This document shows positions 15,864-23,435 of a stretch of 46,369 nt of DNA, one piece after another. The stretch's first letter is position 1. Every line of letters starts with the position of its first letter. Made by a program: the position numbers and the translations under genes. The notes beneath the pieces were generated by a model. That model was given only the letters and a program-made list of their open reading frames with translations. It had not been told where the DNA came from and did not search any database. The stretch is from positions 1-46,369 of the IMG/VR virus record IMGVR_UViG_3300003322_000100; one strand, written 5' to 3'. The stretch is from a virus.

Positions 15864-16241
15864 TTAATGGGCGGTTTGTGTCGTCTGCCGAGATTTAATA
15901 CTCGGCAAAACGTAAGCCTTTTCATACTGCCGAACGGAGAAGTTACCGCCTTTCGTCTGGCACTGCGAAATTCGGTTTAGCAATTCTTCGAACGTCATAC
16001 CGTCGCACCGCATAAAGCCCATTATAGCTTCTACAGCCATTGCGCACATTTCCGCCTTACGCATCGTCTCCGGACCGGTACGAAAACCATGGCGCCAACC
16101 GATGGACCCATCATCCTTGCGATAAAAGTAAGCGTTAGCGTGGGACCAGATAGAGCGATATTCCACAAACTTACCGTCCAGATAGACGCGGATATCATCG
16201 TTCCGCGACCATACCTTAACTTTAAGATTATAGTCGCACAT
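15864..16241 (-). CDS. Hypothetical protein
   Basis: Start placed at ATG 16241 (MCDYNLKVKVW...) behind GGAGGA; ATG 16253 is also possible. 125 aa. Confidence 0.55.
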   Translation of the reverse strand: MCDYNLKVKVWSRNDDIRVYLDGKFVEYRSIWSHANAYFYRKDDGSIGWRHGFRTGPETMRKAEMCAMAVEAIMGFMRCDGMTFEELLNRISQCQTKGGNFSVRQYEKAYVLPSIKSRQTTQTAH

Positions 16242-16266
16242 TTTGTCCTCCATACTTGATACGTCC

Positions 16267-16295
16267 TTTATACCGCTATCCGCCTATCCCGTCAA
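16267..16295 (-). promoter_or_regulatory. Early promoter TTGACG-17 nt-TATAAA
   Basis: Intergenic, at the low-coordinate edge of the AT-rich iteron region. Confidence 0.65.
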
Positions 16296-16560
16296 GCCTA
16301 AATCGTCCCGGCATCCGCTGATATAGATGATATAGAATGATATATGATGATCTATAACATGTAACCTATTGATTTATATGAGAAAAATGTGTTTTGTTAT
16401 ATGTTATAGATACATCTTGATTAGAATAGATTGTGCACAATCGATCGATAGGGGTCTTATAAGCTATCACACTATAACAAGCCGGAGAAAAACCCGAGGA
16501 AAAGTGCCACTTTCACGTTATAGATTGACCCTATAACAACCTGTTGTGTTATAGACGGAC
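16296..16560. promoter_or_regulatory. AT-rich iteron region, candidate replication origin or initiator/regulator binding array
   Basis: 265-nt gap without ORFs, right after the primase-helicase stop. The 7-mer CTATAAC/GTTATAG occurs at 16352, 16403, 16472, 16517, 16531 and 16548, with a variant at 16396. Also holds the palindromes TTGTGCACAA (16431-16440) and TCGATCGA (16441-16448). Confidence 0.5.
16320..16358. repeat. Four tandem 9-10-bp units GATATAGAT / GATATAGAAT / GATATATGAT / GATCTATAAC
   Basis: Read directly; the unit length is about one helical turn. Confidence 0.8.
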
Positions 16561-19014
16561 TTACCTTCCGAGCAAATAAGGATCAACAATCCGATAATAT
16601 ACGGCACCACGGGAACCCCGGCGCGCACTCTGAAATTGATTGCTATCAACTTCCAAAGCACTGCCTTCATAAAGCTTGCCCATCTGTTCAAGGGTTGAAA
16701 GCGCCATATTGATAGCTTGCGTTGCACCGCGCGGATACGACTTAAACGGTTCTAATCCGGCCGCTCTCATGAAAATAGTCGCTTTGGACATCCGGCCTTT
16801 TTCGTAATCATCCCGACCAAATCGGTATGAATGAGACGGACCCTTAACAAACCTATCACGGATAATTTCTTCCATCTTAGTGAGAATAGAACGATCGCCT
16901 TTGCCATAGCGTCCGGATGCCAGACGATTATAAAGCTTAAGCGTACAGCGTCGGATGACTTCGCACGCCCAAGCCATATGGGTAGCGTTGATGACAGGCG
17001 CGGACGGGGCGTCCAGCACAGCACACAGCGCAGCCGCGCGGGCGGCTTGGATGACGGCCCGGTTGAAGACCTGCCGCAGGCTTTCGTCGGCCGTGGCTTG
17101 CAGGGCTGCCATGGACTGCCGGAAAGCCTCCAGCGTGGCCATGGCGGGCGTGTCAGGCGTAGCGATGATCGTTGGGTACTGCGCCTTGAGGTTCGGGTCT
17201 TCGCCGTTGCGGGCCACCTGTACGATCGCGGCATGCTGGGCTAGCTGCCCAAGGTAGGTCACCAGATCGGCCGGTGGTTCTACGCGGGCGCCACCAAGGG
17301 AGAATTCCGCCGCCGGACCTTCATAGATGAAGAACGTATGACGGGGGAGAAAGCCGGACGTAATGCTTTCTTCGGAGAAAGACGAAAGGACATTTGGGGT
17401 TGTATCGGCAAGGATGGAAAATGCCGGGCCAACGACACGGGTAGACCGCATCTTAGGGTCTTTATGACCGGTCATCGGCAACACTTCATCCATTCCGGAT
17501 AGATCGTACCATTCAAGGACAGATGACTTAATGTCAGCAATATTGGTATTCCGGCCGGCAGCATGGATATTGTCAACGAAAGATTGCCATTCGCCCCATT
17601 GGGAATAATAAGACGCCGATTGAGTGAAGTAGTCTCGGGCGCCTGCCGCAGATACGATCTTCGGCCCGACGAATGCCTGAACATTTTTATTCTGGACAGA
17701 GATAGCAGAAATCAGCGTCGATATGCCGGCACGGGGCGATGATTTACCGGTTCCGGATGAACCGACAAGGACAATATAGAGGTTAAGGCCGGATGGTCGG
17801 GACGCTATGCGCACATTCCAGGCGGAACCGCAGATGGCAGCAGCGGCGAGCAATCCGCCCGCTATACTGTATTGCCGCATGGCGGGCGTAGCTTGATCGT
17901 ATAGGAATTGCTGGATACGCCCCATGATGCCGGGCGCGAACGGATATTCGGCATCGTCGGCCAGCGGGTCGGGGTTCTCGAATGCCGGGACAGCCTCGCC
18001 TGTCTCTAGACGTTGATAGCCTTCCGGCAAACCCGCGCTTTCTGAATGCTCCACCCGATCAACTGTTTCTGTGACCGCTTCATCCGCCTGTCCTGGAAAT
18101 TGGAGACTTTGCAAGCCAGGAACAGCCGGGATGACTTCCAAGTCCGGATGGGGTTTTCGTAAGCCTGAATTGAATGCCGACGTGTAAGTTTGTCGTATCT
18201 CTTTGTCGGATAATCCGCACTGTGTAGCAGCGGCATAGAGATACGTCCAAACGATATCACTAGATATCCATCCGCGCGCAACCATCTGCGCCATTTTGTG
18301 AGATGCGGCATTAAGCCGGTTGTTGCGGCCGCCTTCCATCGTTGATGAAAGTTCTTGGCACCACCCCGATAAAGCCGACGCCGCCCAAGCTTGTTCACGA
18401 CTAGTTACCTCCGCGTTAATGTTGATTGACCGATTTAGATATGCCGCTTCGGCATCAGATGGCTTAATAAGTTCACACAATGCTTCCGGAATTTCCGGAA
18501 TAGCATCGAACCATGCGCTGCCTTCTACATATCCATACTGTCCGAATGGCGTCACAGCATAAGGGGCCAGAACATATCCTCCGTGGCCCCTTACATTAAT
18601 CTCTTGTCCTCTAATCTTACCTTCGGAGTTTCCTAGTCTCACTCCATTTTGTCGGTAGTATATATGTTGTCCTGATGATGGCGAGTTAACGACTGGTGAC
18701 GCCCACGGATTAATTCCTAATTCCGAACATAGCGCATGAAAGGCTGTAACGCCGTCGCCACGTCCTGGTTTTCGGTCGGCATCGAATACGACAAGATTAA
18801 CCCGGCCGACTGCCAATGCTGGCGCAGCATTAGGCCAATCCAGCCACCATAACCGTAATTGATTTTCGTTTGTTGTCGCCTGACCTTCCCAATCCAGGAA
18901 GTCCTTGAATGGCGTTTTACTATAGGAGTCCACAGGAAACACAGGTATTCCAAGCTTTGCCCACCAAAGAGCGACTTGGAAGTTATGATTTGTATCTACC
19001 GTTTCCGCATTCAT
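16561..19014 (-). CDS. Bifunctional primase-polymerase (AEP prim-pol) fused to a P-loop helicase/NTPase
   Basis: 817 aa. N-terminal VVFDADRK (DxD), SSGQHIYYR and VRGHGGYVLAP are AEP prim-pol motifs. Central Walker A is LVGSSGTGKSS. Confidence 0.85.
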   Translation of the reverse strand: MNAETVDTNHNFQVALWWAKLGIPVFPVDSYSKTPFKDFLDWEGQATTNENQLRLWWLDWPNAAPALAVGRVNLVVFDADRKPGRGDGVTAFHALCSELGINPWASPVVNSPSSGQHIYYRQNGVRLGNSEGKIRGQEINVRGHGGYVLAPYAVTPFGQYGYVEGSAWFDAIPEIPEALCELIKPSDAEAAYLNRSININAEVTSREQAWAASALSGWCQELSSTMEGGRNNRLNAASHKMAQMVARGWISSDIVWTYLYAAATQCGLSDKEIRQTYTSAFNSGLRKPHPDLEVIPAVPGLQSLQFPGQADEAVTETVDRVEHSESAGLPEGYQRLETGEAVPAFENPDPLADDAEYPFAPGIMGRIQQFLYDQATPAMRQYSIAGGLLAAAAICGSAWNVRIASRPSGLNLYIVLVGSSGTGKSSPRAGISTLISAISVQNKNVQAFVGPKIVSAAGARDYFTQSASYYSQWGEWQSFVDNIHAAGRNTNIADIKSSVLEWYDLSGMDEVLPMTGHKDPKMRSTRVVGPAFSILADTTPNVLSSFSEESITSGFLPRHTFFIYEGPAAEFSLGGARVEPPADLVTYLGQLAQHAAIVQVARNGEDPNLKAQYPTIIATPDTPAMATLEAFRQSMAALQATADESLRQVFNRAVIQAARAAALCAVLDAPSAPVINATHMAWACEVIRRCTLKLYNRLASGRYGKGDRSILTKMEEIIRDRFVKGPSHSYRFGRDDYEKGRMSKATIFMRAAGLEPFKSYPRGATQAINMALSTLEQMGKLYEGSALEVDSNQFQSARRGSRGAVYYRIVDPYLLGR

Positions 19015-19042
19015 TTATTGTAGCCTTCCCCCGGCTTTCAGG

Positions 19043-19249
19043 CTAATACTCCAGCAACTCGCCGGTAAGGTACTCATAAAGCGTCTGCACCTTGTCACAG
19101 GATATATGTTTACCGCGACCGGCCGAGAAATCACCAAGCCATCCGAAGCTAATACCGCTTTCGTCGGCAATCTGTTGTAAAGTAATATTGCGCGGTCTTT
19201 CCCGGAGTAGTTCGAATGTCCGTTCCCGCAGCGACTTCCGCTTGTTCAT
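19043..19249 (-). CDS. Helix-turn-helix transcriptional regulator (Cro/CI-like size)
   Basis: Start at ATG 19249 (MNKRKSLRERTFELL...). NITLQQIADESGISFGWLGDF looks like an HTH. 68 aa; first gene of the leftward operon. Confidence 0.6.
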   Translation of the reverse strand: MNKRKSLRERTFELLRERPRNITLQQIADESGISFGWLGDFSAGRGKHISCDKVQTLYEYLTGELLEY

Positions 19250-19278
19250 GGGCAGCCCCATAGGTATGATGTCAACCC

Positions 19279-19308
19279 ACCATACGCGCGGCAAAGTTCC
19301 GTTTGCAA
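19279..19308 (-). promoter_or_regulatory. Candidate leftward promoter TTGCAA-18 nt-TATGGT
   Basis: Lies in the 135-nt divergent intergenic region. Moderate match to consensus. Confidence 0.35.
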
Positions 19309-19323
19309 CACCCAAATTCCCAA

Positions 19324-19353
19324 TTGACACCCGCGCGGCGGGGCGCTTACGGT
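19324..19353 (+). promoter_or_regulatory. Candidate rightward promoter TTGACA-18 nt-TACGGT
   Basis: Perfect -35, GC-rich spacer containing the palindrome CCGCGCGG, and GAGGGA 8 nt before ATG 19385. Confidence 0.4.
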
Positions 19354-19384
19354 ACAGCAGACAGACACCCGAGGGACACCGTAC

Positions 19385-20125
19385 ATGAGCAAGCTTCCGC
19401 CCCCGCCGTTTGGTGCACCGCCTTTGCCCCCGCCCAACTGGACGCAGCCGGTAGCGCCCCCGCCAATGGTGCCCCCGCACATGATGCCGGCTCCGCCGTT
19501 AACGGCACCTCCGGCTCCAATCGCGCCCCCGGCTCCGGCTCCTAGCTTTCCGCCATTTCAGCCGCCATCAAATACAACTGTCGGCATACCGGCGCCGACT
19601 TTCCCCGCTCCGCCGGCTCCGGCTAATACGCTCGCCGGATGGAACAACGTCATTCAGAATATGTATCCCGGCCAAATCGAACAACAGCCGGAAGAAAAAC
19701 CCATCGATTTTGAAGCTATTCGGAAAATTATGGACGAATGGTATGTTGTCCGCGCACAACAGATGAAGTCGGAAAGCAGGGAAAAGGAACTTCGGGATAA
19801 GCTGGTACGACTGGCTTATCCGTTCATTAATTGGGATGCTGGCGCATATATGCAAAATGCCGGCACGAAGACGCTTGAATTTCCGACCGGCCATAAGCTT
19901 AAGGCTACTCTTAACGACAACTACAGCATCGAAAATTCGGACGCCATGGACGCCGCTTTAGCGCGTCTGCCGACCGATATTCAGGATGCGCTTGTCGAAT
20001 GGAAGCCGGAGATAAAGAAATCTGTTTACAACGCTCTTAAACCGGAGCATAAGAAGATCATATCCCCGTTTATCACGATTAAAGCGGGGATGCCACAAGT
20101 TAAATTGGAAGGTCGAGATGATTGA
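19385..20125 (+). CDS. Hypothetical protein with a proline-rich N-terminal region
   Basis: 246 aa. The first roughly 85 aa are about half Pro/Ala; the C-terminal domain looks globular. First gene of the rightward operon. Confidence 0.7.
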   Translation: MSKLPPPPFGAPPLPPPNWTQPVAPPPMVPPHMMPAPPLTAPPAPIAPPAPAPSFPPFQPPSNTTVGIPAPTFPAPPAPANTLAGWNNVIQNMYPGQIEQQPEEKPIDFEAIRKIMDEWYVVRAQQMKSESREKELRDKLVRLAYPFINWDAGAYMQNAGTKTLEFPTGHKLKATLNDNYSIENSDAMDAALARLPTDIQDALVEWKPEIKKSVYNALKPEHKKIISPFITIKAGMPQVKLEGRDD

Positions 20126-20264
20126 CGATAACGATATTCGGGAGCCGGAAGGCGATATTTACGACAAGCTGATGGGGGCGCAACTCTGCGTCATTTCCAG
20201 CCTTATTGTCATCCTTGCCGCTGCATATGGCACCGGATGGCTTCTGGCTTGGCTCGGGATCTAA
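20118..20264 (+). CDS. Small membrane protein (48 aa, below the ORF-track cutoff)
   Basis: Hand translation MIDDNDIREPEGDIYDKLMGAQLCVISSLIVILAAAYGTGWLLAWLGI, with a C-terminal TM helix. Fills the gap between neighbouring genes. Confidence 0.5.
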   Translation: MIDDNDIREPEGDIYDKLMGAQLCVISSLIVILAAAYGTGWLLAWLGI

Positions 20265-20267
20265 GGC

Positions 20268-21047
20268 ATGGCGGGGTTTGACCCGAACAACTTCACGCCC
20301 GGCGCCGCTCCCCAAGGGGGCGGCCCGACGCCCGCTGTGTCGGCCGCCTCGGTACAGTTGCCGCCGATCCCGGTTCAATGGACGGATGCCGTTGAACACC
20401 TTAGATGCTTCGTCATGGTATACGGCGCCCCTGGCACGGGTAAAACCCATCTGATTTCAACCGCGCCTTCTCCGTTTATCCTGTCTGCCGAAGGCGGGAT
20501 GCTTACGTTGAAGAAGATGATGCGGTTGCTTGGCGTTCGGTTTCCATACTGGCAAATCGACAGTTTCGACCGGCTGAAATGGGCGCTGGACGAATTGCTT
20601 AAGCCGGAATACGCCGCTATTCAGACGGTATGCGGCGACAGTATTACTGAACTTGCGAAAGTCTTCCTCCGCCAGACAAAACAAGTAAACAGTCATGGTA
20701 TGAAGGCTTATGGCGAAATGCAAGAAATGATGGATGTCATTCTTACGCTTTTCCGCCATTATCCGAAACACGTCTATCTGACGGCGCAAGAGGAAGTGTA
20801 TCAGGTTGAGGATGGGCTTATGAAGGCCGGCCCATCATTCCCTGGCAAAGCCGTACAGAAAGATATCGGCTATATTCCGGACTTTGTCTTCCGGGCGGAA
20901 ATACATACCGACCCAAACACTGGACAGCCGCAATTCTGGCTTCGGTGCAAGGCAACCAATCAACATACAGCAAAGGATAGAAGCGCAATCCTCCAACAAT
21001 GGGAACCTCCGAACTTAACTGAAATCTTTGGAAAGGTACTTGCCTAA
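20268..21047 (+). CDS. RecA-fold ATPase, Sak4-like (AAA_24-type) recombination protein
   Basis: Walker A VYGAPGTGKTH, about 260 aa, followed by a DUF669-like gene as in Sak4 modules. Confidence 0.7.
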   Translation: MAGFDPNNFTPGAAPQGGGPTPAVSAASVQLPPIPVQWTDAVEHLRCFVMVYGAPGTGKTHLISTAPSPFILSAEGGMLTLKKMMRLLGVRFPYWQIDSFDRLKWALDELLKPEYAAIQTVCGDSITELAKVFLRQTKQVNSHGMKAYGEMQEMMDVILTLFRHYPKHVYLTAQEEVYQVEDGLMKAGPSFPGKAVQKDIGYIPDFVFRAEIHTDPNTGQPQFWLRCKATNQHTAKDRSAILQQWEPPNLTEIFGKVLA

Positions 21048-21949
21048 TGAGCACAGGCTTTAATTTCGATCCGAGACAGCACAAGCCGGCCACCGAAGGC
21101 CGCGAACTTTTCGCGGAAGGGTGGTATCTCGGATATATCAAAGCGTCCAACGCCAATCGCAACCAAGCCGGAACCGGCGGCATGCTGGCGCTGGATATCT
21201 TCGTTCAGCAGGGCGGCGGGGAGGAAGGCGAAACCTACCTCCACAACCTCAATTGCTGGAACCCCAATCAACAGGCCGTCGAAATCGCTTTCCGCGATCT
21301 GTCGGCAATCTGTTGGGTTGTCGGCAAGGGCCAGGAAATCATTTCCCAGGTCGGACAGGCGAAGGATATGGCCGTTCCGTCGCTGCACAATATCCCGTTC
21401 TATTTCCGGGTGACAGTGGACCCTCGCAAGGATCGTCAGACGAGGCAGATTATCCCCGGTCAATTCCAGAACCAAATCCGGGGATATCGCGACCAATACG
21501 GACGAACACCCGATCAGATCATGGCCGGCGCCCCGCAACAGCAGCCGCCGGAACTTGCGGTGCCTGTCGGAACGCAGGGGACAACGATTAATCAAGGGGC
21601 ACCGTCGCTTCCGCCCGCTCCGCCGACCGCAACCGGGATGCCGGGCGCCGCTGCGCCGATGCCGACCGCACAGCCGGCCCCCATGGCTGCCCAGCCAGGG
21701 GCATTCACGCCCGGCGCCCCGCCTGCGCCTCCCCCGGCCGCCCCGCAGCCGCCCGCCATGCCTCCCGGCTATGCTCCGGCCCCTGTCGCCCCGGCGCCGC
21801 AGCCCATGCCCGCTCCGGCCGCCGCTGCGCCGGCTTTCCCAGGCGCCGCGCCGACCACGCCCGCCGCCCCGGCGGCGCCGACGCAGGCAGGAGGCTGGAC
21901 ACCCGGCGCCCCTCCGGGACAGCCGAATTTCGCCCCTCCCGGAACCTAG
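21047..21949 (+). CDS. DUF669-like (SSB-like) protein with a long Pro/Ala/Gln-rich C-terminal tail
   Basis: The N-terminal 160 aa (FNFDPRQHKP...GWYLGYIKASNANRN...LALDIFVQQG) fit the DUF669 pattern as I remember it. The tail from about 21530 on is low complexity. Confidence 0.55.
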   Translation: MSTGFNFDPRQHKPATEGRELFAEGWYLGYIKASNANRNQAGTGGMLALDIFVQQGGGEEGETYLHNLNCWNPNQQAVEIAFRDLSAICWVVGKGQEIISQVGQAKDMAVPSLHNIPFYFRVTVDPRKDRQTRQIIPGQFQNQIRGYRDQYGRTPDQIMAGAPQQQPPELAVPVGTQGTTINQGAPSLPPAPPTATGMPGAAAPMPTAQPAPMAAQPGAFTPGAPPAPPPAAPQPPAMPPGYAPAPVAPAPQPMPAPAAAAPAFPGAAPTTPAAPAAPTQAGGWTPGAPPGQPNFAPPGT

Positions 21950-21980
21950 CCGCATCAACAGGGCCGGTTAGGTAACTCAG

Positions 21981-22020
21981 GCCGGCGGTAAGGTGATGCT
22001 ACCGCCGGTCTTTCTATTTC
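21981..22020 (+). terminator. Rho-independent terminator or attenuator
   Basis: GCCGGCGGTA-aggtgatgc-TACCGCCGGT followed by CTTTCTATTT. Confidence 0.55.
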
Positions 22021-22032
22021 AGGGGAAATGAA

Positions 22033-22524
22033 ATGAAGCTGGATGCGGTCAAGACGGCAATCGGACTTATGGGCGAATACGTTCGGTTGTCGGAAATTCT
22101 GGAAAATGTCAGACAGGGTATTAAACTTGAGGTTTATTTGGAAAGTGGAGATGATATCGGCCATATAGAAGGAATGACCGAAGGAATTATTAACCGAATT
22201 ACGGATGCGCGGAATACGATCCGAAGCAAGCTTAAATACTCGTTCAATATTCCGGTTGAAGTTGACGAACCGGAATTGCCGTTTAATGGCGGGGCAAGGC
22301 TTACAGTTTGCAATAAAGCGGATAATATTTGCACGGATAAAACCTGCACAACTGTATGTAAATATCCGCCTAATCAACCTTCCGCAATTCCCCCCGTTCC
22401 CGTAGGGTCGGAAGGTTTTCCGCGCCATCATTACGGCTGTCCCTGCGGCGCTTGCTCCGGCGCCCCCGATCGCTGGTCCAATGACCGGCCGGGCGCTCCC
22501 GTTGCCAGGGCGCCCGGCGCATGA
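22033..22524 (+). CDS. Hypothetical protein with a Cys-rich C-terminal half
   Basis: 163 aa ORF with AGGGGA upstream. ATGA overlap with the next gene. Confidence 0.6.
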   Translation: MKLDAVKTAIGLMGEYVRLSEILENVRQGIKLEVYLESGDDIGHIEGMTEGIINRITDARNTIRSKLKYSFNIPVEVDEPELPFNGGARLTVCNKADNICTDKTCTTVCKYPPNQPSAIPPVPVGSEGFPRHHYGCPCGACSGAPDRWSNDRPGAPVARAPGA

Positions 22525-23435
22525 CACTCGGGCCGCCTCCATCAACCGCGCCCGGCGCGCCGCCTGTCGTTCTGCCGCCTCAATCGACACTAGACGCAGC
22601 CGCCGCCTTCATCAAGCAAAGTATCGACACGGCGTCGGTGGAAGACCTTACAGACGCTTGGCGGGCGCATCTAGGCGCTTCCGTCATCGGAACGCCATGT
22701 GAGCGGGAACTTTGGTACGCCTTTCGCTGGATAGCCGCCGAAAAATTTGATGGGCGGATGCTACGCCTATTCAGTCGCGGCCATCGCGAGGAAGATCGGA
22801 TGATAGCATGGCTTCGCCGCGTTGGCATACATATTTGGGACCGTGATCCGGAAACCGGCAACCAATGGAGAGTTGCCGGGCATCGCGGCCATTTCGGCGG
22901 AAGTCTTGACGGAATAGCTGCGCTTAACCCGGCTATCTTTCCGGGATTTCCACCCCATGTATTGGTCGAATGCAAGACTTACGCCACCAACCCATTTGTC
23001 AATCTGACAAAGAATAGAGTAAGAAAGTGGCGCCCTAAGCATTACGCCCAAATGTGTACCTATGGCGTAAAGCGAAACATTCCCCTTGCACTATATATCG
23101 GTGAGAACAAAAACGACGACGACTTCTATATCGAATTTGTTCCACTAGACTTCCGTCTCGGGCTGGAGTGGGAAAAGAAAGCGGCGCGAATTGTCGATGC
23201 ACAAGAACCGCCGCCGAAACTTTCGCTAGACCCTGCGCATTCTGCCTGCAAATACTGCGGCGCTTCTGACGTCTGCCATTTCGACGGCGCCTATATGCAG
23301 AATTGCCGCTCATGTTCATCTTGTTCCGCCGCAGACAATGGGGAGTGGTTTTGCAATAAGCATGGCTGTATACTGACTGCCGAGCAAATCGGCCAACAAT
23401 GGGCGTGCTGGTCACCACTCGGGAAATCGCAATAA
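22521..23435 (+). CDS. PD-(D/E)XK exonuclease, Cas4/RecB-like, with an Fe-S type Cys motif
   Basis: D...VECKTY core, an N-terminal Cys (GTPCERELW), and C-terminal CKYCGASDVC, which is the CX2CX5C pattern. An additional CRSCSSC...CNKHGC cluster follows. Confidence 0.7.
   Translation: MTLGPPPSTAPGAPPVVLPPQSTLDAAAAFIKQSIDTASVEDLTDAWRAHLGASVIGTPCERELWYAFRWIAAEKFDGRMLRLFSRGHREEDRMIAWLRRVGIHIWDRDPETGNQWRVAGHRGHFGGSLDGIAALNPAIFPGFPPHVLVECKTYATNPFVNLTKNRVRKWRPKHYAQMCTYGVKRNIPLALYIGENKNDDDFYIEFVPLDFRLGLEWEKKAARIVDAQEPPPKLSLDPAHSACKYCGASDVCHFDGAYMQNCRSCSSCSAADNGEWFCNKHGCILTAEQIGQQWACWSPLGKSQ

Noticed and set aside
16320-16358. Tandem GATATAGA units considered as a mini CRISPR array or satellite
   Set aside because: The units are only 9-10 bp with no spacers. 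This fits iterons or curved DNA in an origin or regulatory region.
19270-19275. Perfect minus-strand TTGACA 21 nt upstream of the HTH gene ATG
   Set aside because: The corresponding -10 position would fall on CCCATG, overlapping the start codon, so there is no usable -10. I preferred the TTGCAA-18 nt-TATGGT candidate further upstream.
19043-19480. Lysogeny module (repressor/integrase), or the long 145-codon version of the HTH ORF
   Set aside because: No integrase, excisionase, partition or CI-length repressor gene is present anywhere. The upstream 77 codons of the ORF are Arg/Gly-rich and overlap the divergent promoter region. Only the 68-aa HTH protein is supported, so I do not claim a temperate lifestyle.
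21044-21958. 304-codon minus-strand ORF antisense to the DUF669-like gene (and similar ORFs 21121..21591, 21555..21971)
   Set aside because: The product is almost pure Arg/Gly/Pro low complexity. It arises from the complement of the GC-rich Pro/Ala codons of the sense gene, has no ribosome-binding site, and breaks the operon logic.
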